Shown piece by piece: positions 61,792-64,000 of a stretch of 64,000 bases of DNA. This DNA comes from Guillardia theta CCMP2712. Lineage: Eukaryota > Protista > Cryptophyta. The DNA is taken from the NCBI RefSeq assembly GCF_000315625.1, contig NW_005434606.1:1-64000 (forward strand). Direction: 5' to 3'. Below the pieces are notes generated by a model. That model did no database searches. It saw only the letters and a list, made by a program, of their open reading frames with translations, and was not told the origin of the DNA. The translations under genes were made by a program, and so were the position numbers. Position 1 is the stretch's first letter. Every line of letters starts with the position of its first letter.

Positions 61792-64000
61792 ATGCCGTCG
61801 ATTCTCTTCCTGTTTTCTCAAGTAAATTCCTCGGATGACGCAAAAATCACAGTGGAAGGGGACACGATCGACGTAAAGAATAAATCTTTCGTGCTTTATA
61901 GGCTGAAGGGCAAAGGACTCTTGCAAAGTTTGGCAGAAGTATTGATGAAATACTACAATTGTTCTGTCAGTTTTCATGACGGTACTCAGAGTAGAGAATT
62001 CCAGCTTTCCCTGCCGAAAAAAGTTGATTTAAATATCTGTATTGTTCGGGGGGCATCGGAGTTTGCTTCTTCCAATGGCTTGTCTCATGCATTTTGCTCT
62101 TGGTGTTCTCAAAATCTGATGAGCAATGATATCAAGCTAGTTCGCCAAAAACTGGAATTGGTGTTTGACACAGACAGGAACTGTTCTGTAGTCGTGCTGG
62201 AGGGATCTAAAGGTAATGTGACTGGCCCAATACGTTTCTGTGACGTGCTCACGTCGGATGAATTTTCATCACAAGTCATCTGTGACATTTTCAATCGTCC
62301 GGAGATGTCTTTGTCCCGATCCATTGCACTTTTCTCGGCGAAACTGAGAAGTCTGATAGCCTGGACACCACTTCACGCAGTTTTTCATCAGCACATAGTT
62401 CATGACTTTAGCTCTTGCATGAGCAAGGCTGAGCGCAAATCAATCATCGACTCTATTTCACCTACTCAATTGGATACAGTGTTTGACACCCTCAGGCTCC
62501 CTCAATATGTGAGAATTTTCCTGGCCTTCACTTCGTCCTACTTCTCATCAGCATTTGATAGCGAACTTGAAAAACTTGTTTTGACAGACTGCCCTGATTC
62601 TTTCAATGGTGATCAAGACTTCGCCCTGCTGGCGGTGATGATAGATTCTTACATGCTGTTGGCTCAGAAAAGGACCTTCAGAGAAACAATTCGGCATGTC
62701 AAGGTCGCGGGATCATTTTCAGTCGCTGCACTCGCAACGGTACTGAATGTGAGAGATCAACCTACTGGACGACTTGAGGTGATGCTGACTCCGAGAGTAG
62801 ATTTTAACTCGGTACAACTCCAATCAGTCAATTCGTTTCTGACTTCTTTTTCTGGAACACGTTCACATTCAAGAATTCTTTCAACGTTTGTCTCAATATT
62901 GAATAGATGTTGTGCGCAAATGATCCTAACGACTGGACCCTCAGACGCATGGAGCATTTTCAATCCAATACTTTCCGTCAATCAAATCATTGAAAATACA
63001 ATCAAAGCAAGAAACAAAACAAGACTGATAGATGTCATTGGTGAGCTGCAAACCTTGAGTACCAAAGACAAGAATTTCCTCAATAACAACATTAATGGCG
63101 TCTCAAATGCTATGGTAAGGATGAGCAAGTGCGAAATCGAACGTAGATACTTGAGGTCGTTTCTTAGGAACATGCAAGTTGCAAAGCTAGAAAGGAACTT
63201 CGAAGAGTTTAATTTTGTTCACTTCTGTGACCAAGAGCACTTCTGTCAATTGATCAAGCAAAATGACTGGCTTCTGAATGCAGATGAAGCATTTATTGAT
63301 TGGCCCTTGCTGCTCTCACAACAGTCTGAAAATCAAAAATTGTTCGCTCTCCACTACATCGAGAACTGGCTGGCAAACAAGCTGCCAGAAGTCACTCGAT
63401 TCTTGCAATCACTGAGCAACTTGCGATATTCTCCATGGACTAAAACTGAAACGAAGATTGATCAATTTGCGATAAGCCCTGAATTGTACCTGACATTTCA
63501 AGAACTTTATGATTATTGTGTTTGTAATGTCAAACTATCGGATGCCAGGGGAGCATTGGGCGATTTGAATGTGATTTTTCTGCTCCGAAACCATCAGCTC
63601 TGGTCTTCAAAGTTGGTTTCAGCAATATTAAAGTCTCGTCCCCTAGAGCACCTGAGTACCGATCTCAGAAACGAGCGCATTTCTATACCGATAACTTTCA
63701 TACGATTCTTGACCACAGAAACAGAGGCCGATGCGAAATCGAACAATACAAACTTTGGCGCATGGTATGGTGAAAAGCTGCGAATGAAACAGACGGCAAA
63801 GAGTTTTGAGATTTTTCTGCCGCCGAAGGATGTTGCCGAGCAGACGAAAGCGAGCACCGCATTCCGGGATTGGTTGAAACGAACTGTCAGTCATGTGGAG
63901 ACAGAAGCAACAAAAAACCATTTCAAACTTCTTCAAGACAGACTTAGATCTGCACAGCTGATGACCTTTCCTGAATGCTACATTTCTGCCGACAATAATG
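61792..64000 (+). CDS. Large intronless hypothetical protein, runs off the window end (at least 736 codons)
   Basis: Manual translation from ATG 61792 (MPSILFLFSQVNSSDDAKITVEG...FPECYISADNN) shows no stop up to 64000. Probably missing from the ORF track because it has no stop in the window. Confidence 0.85.
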   Translation, partial: MPSILFLFSQVNSSDDAKITVEGDTIDVKNKSFVLYRLKGKGLLQSLAEVLMKYYNCSVSFHDGTQSREFQLSLPKKVDLNICIVRGASEFASSNGLSHAFCSWCSQNLMSNDIKLVRQKLELVFDTDRNCSVVVLEGSKGNVTGPIRFCDVLTSDEFSSQVICDIFNRPEMSLSRSIALFSAKLRSLIAWTPLHAVFHQHIVHDFSSCMSKAERKSIIDSISPTQLDTVFDTLRLPQYVRIFLAFTSSYFSSAFDSELEKLVLTDCPDSFNGDQDFALLAVMIDSYMLLAQKRTFRETIRHVKVAGSFSVAALATVLNVRDQPTGRLEVMLTPRVDFNSVQLQSVNSFLTSFSGTRSHSRILSTFVSILNRCCAQMILTTGPSDAWSIFNPILSVNQIIENTIKARNKTRLIDVIGELQTLSTKDKNFLNNNINGVSNAMVRMSKCEIERRYLRSFLRNMQVAKLERNFEEFNFVHFCDQEHFCQLIKQNDWLLNADEAFIDWPLLLSQQSENQKLFALHYIENWLANKLPEVTRFLQSLSNLRYSPWTKTETKIDQFAISPELYLTFQELYDYCVCNVKLSDARGALGDLNVIFLLRNHQLWSSKLVSAILKSRPLEHLSTDLRNERISIPITFIRFLTTETEADAKSNNTNFGAWYGEKLRMKQTAKSFEIFLPPKDVAEQTKASTAFRDWLKRTVSHVETEATKNHFKLLQDRLRSAQLMTFPECYISADNN

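Overview
This is eukaryotic nuclear DNA from the left end of a chromosome: (CCCTAAA)n telomere at 5-326, then a gene-dense arm with many short (~45-55 nt) GT-AG introns, microsatellites and three N-gaps. Intron size, a bipartite 'STA-FMP' plastid leader and a BTB-MYB fusion suggest a cryptophyte-like alga (inference). Genes supported by motifs: myosin heavy chain (-), SGNH/PC-esterase-type membrane protein (-), PDZ/EF-hand protein (+), GT-A glycosyltransferase-like protein (-), triple HMG-box protein (+), RG-repeat/LOTUS protein (-), BTB-R2R3-MYB (+), plastid-targeted SAM methyltransferase (+), ORC4 with a long N-terminal extension (-) whose intron holds an antisense FEN1 fragment, and a villin-headpiece-like protein (-). 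The most striking feature: three long ORFs at 48248-60688 splice into one ~4,080-aa protein with a central vWA domain between two apparently homologous P-loop NTPase/helical modules, one degenerate and one intact. It lies head-to-head with an intronless orphan ORF of at least 736 codons that is missing from the ORF track. Non-coding structure includes GC-rich islands 5' of genes, strand-polarised GGGT/ACCC tracts, a 31-bp-periodic CCAAT array and a 29-bp motif shared by two upstream regions. All gene models and alignments were read by eye; no database search was run.
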